DNA of 64,000 bases from Hemiscyllium ocellatum (lineage: Eukaryota), in the NCBI RefSeq assembly GCF_020745735.1, contig NC_083422.1:28582001-28646000 (forward strand). The letters run 5' to 3'. Each line of letters starts with the position of its first letter. Position 1 is the first letter of the stretch. The notes below the pieces were generated by a model that did no database searches, had not been told where the DNA came from, and was given only the letters and a program-made list of their open reading frames with translations. Of this stretch, positions 62,316-64,000 are shown piece by piece. The translations under genes were made by a program, and so were the position numbers.

Positions 62316-64000
62316 CAAGGAAGAACATCATTATTATAATATGCTTCTGAATCTCATCTTCACTTGTTTCAAAACGGACATGGATTAACACAATTTCAGC
62401 AATTATACTAAAGAATATAGGGCACAGACATATAAATATAGATCAGCACGATCGAAATGAACAAATTGGTTCAAGGAGCTAAATGACCTACTCCTCTTCC
62501 TATGCACAATGGGAAGCAGAAAAGTGTCTTAATTAACATTTTTTTAAAAAATGCTCGTGAATCATTATTGTAACAATTATTCTTGAAAATGAGAGAAAGT
62601 TGTTGATCAAACATTCCATGAAATCAGTCCAAAAAGGCAAGCAAAGGGTATTGCATTTATTGACACCATGAAGAGCTCTACAGCATTACTTTTGAAATAT
62701 CTTCTTTTTTTTTGTCATCAATAGCAATCTATAAATAGAGTACAGAAACGCAGTAAGTTTATAATTTCCTTCTTGAGTAAGCGGCAGAACTCCTGTTCTG
62801 TTTCGGTTTGTCGAAAATAACATACATATTATTAGTTCCTTGTGTGGAATTCACCATTATCTCAATAAGGCTAACATTATTCATTAAAACCCATCATGTG
62901 TTTGAATATGTTAAGGTTTTGCATTATCACTGTTGACTTACTTAAGTGGAATTACAGAAACATCAAGTAAAATTTGACCTTTGGTATACCACTGAATAAT
63001 ACAATGTAATTATCCAACACATAGCAATTACAAAAGATTGGAAAACATGTGGTTTATAATTTGTATTGTGTGAAACTGTGTTTGAAACGGAGTATAACAT
63101 TGTACTAAATAAAGTGAAACATGAGCATTAGTTACAGAAGCACCACCTAAATGTACTAGATGCTCCAAATCAATAATAAATTATTAACACTATGTTCTGA
63201 ACATAAGATTTTGATTTGTGTGCTCCAACTGTTATCTAAAGACAGCTTAGAAAAATAAATGTGGGTTTATACTACCCTCTTGTCATGCAGCTGGCAAATG
63301 GAAGGCTTAGCAATGCATCAAGACCCTGACCCAGCTCCCAACCTACATATGTTCTTTTTGTGGTGGGGGTGAAAGGGTGGAGGTGGTGAACTCTCTCATT
63401 CTACCACAAACACCCCAATGAAAGGTTGTCTGTTGAAAGTTCCCTGTTGCTCAGCTTTTGTTCCGCCAGGTATATATTTGGTTGCTGGTAATGCATAATC
63501 AGATGAGATAGTAACCTCCAAAGAGCATGAGGAGACCTCACCCAGCAGCTCCATGCTGAGAGCTATGATTAGTGACTGAAGCCTCATCAATTGGGGAAGA
63601 ACTTTTGCCCCCCCCCCCCCCAACAGGAAAACACAATCCTTCAACTTTTGTGGGCAATAGAAGGTGATGGAACTTAATTTTGGTAGCACTGCGGACCCAT
63701 ATACCTTCCTGGTAAAGTTTTATGGCCAGTAAGAAAAGGGAGCGGAAGGGCACTGCCAATAATTTCCTCATTCATGGAGACCCTCTCCTGTCCCACAGTG
63801 GAATGAGTGACAAGTTTCTGTCATGTTAAACTAATGGCTGTAATTGTAATATTACAGGTGTTATAGTCAATTCTTAAAGGTCAGGTGATTTGGACTATCA
63901 GATTGTGAAATGTTCACCCAAAGGCCTTATAATTAATGGAAAATCCCACAGAAATTTGGGATGCAACATGAGAACAGACAAATAGGAAACTGAGACATCA

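Overview
This is repeat-rich, non-coding vertebrate DNA, almost certainly from an elasmobranch. The evidence is HE1-type V-SINEs with (TCTAA)n tails, their HER1/CR1 partner LINEs and a DeuSINE; a carpet/bamboo-shark-type genome is a weaker inference. I recognise no host protein-coding gene, rRNA, tRNA gene or CRISPR array. Nearly all ORF-track entries are LINE, SINE or Penelope fragments or noise. Contents: many CR1 and L2-group LINE fragments (one near full length with an SGNH-esterase ORF1), six HE1 SINEs, two Penelope-like (GIY-YIG) families, a decayed Ty3/Gypsy internal region, solo LTRs, Tigger/pogo remnants, a 55-bp minisatellite and microsatellites. The most interesting signals are (i) tiny (about 75-230 bp) Penelope-derived insertions carrying minimal hammerhead-ribozyme motifs, several as near-perfect fold-back palindromes with long TSDs and two fixed end points; (ii) two independent retro-insertions landing in the GAAAC/GUC core of such hammerheads; (iii) a young CR1 inserted in register into an older homologous CR1; and (iv) a locally templated inverted duplication. 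A few splice-compatible candidate exons and TE-free islands are reported at low confidence. Edges of decayed repeats are approximate, and family names come from my recall of motifs, not from a database search.
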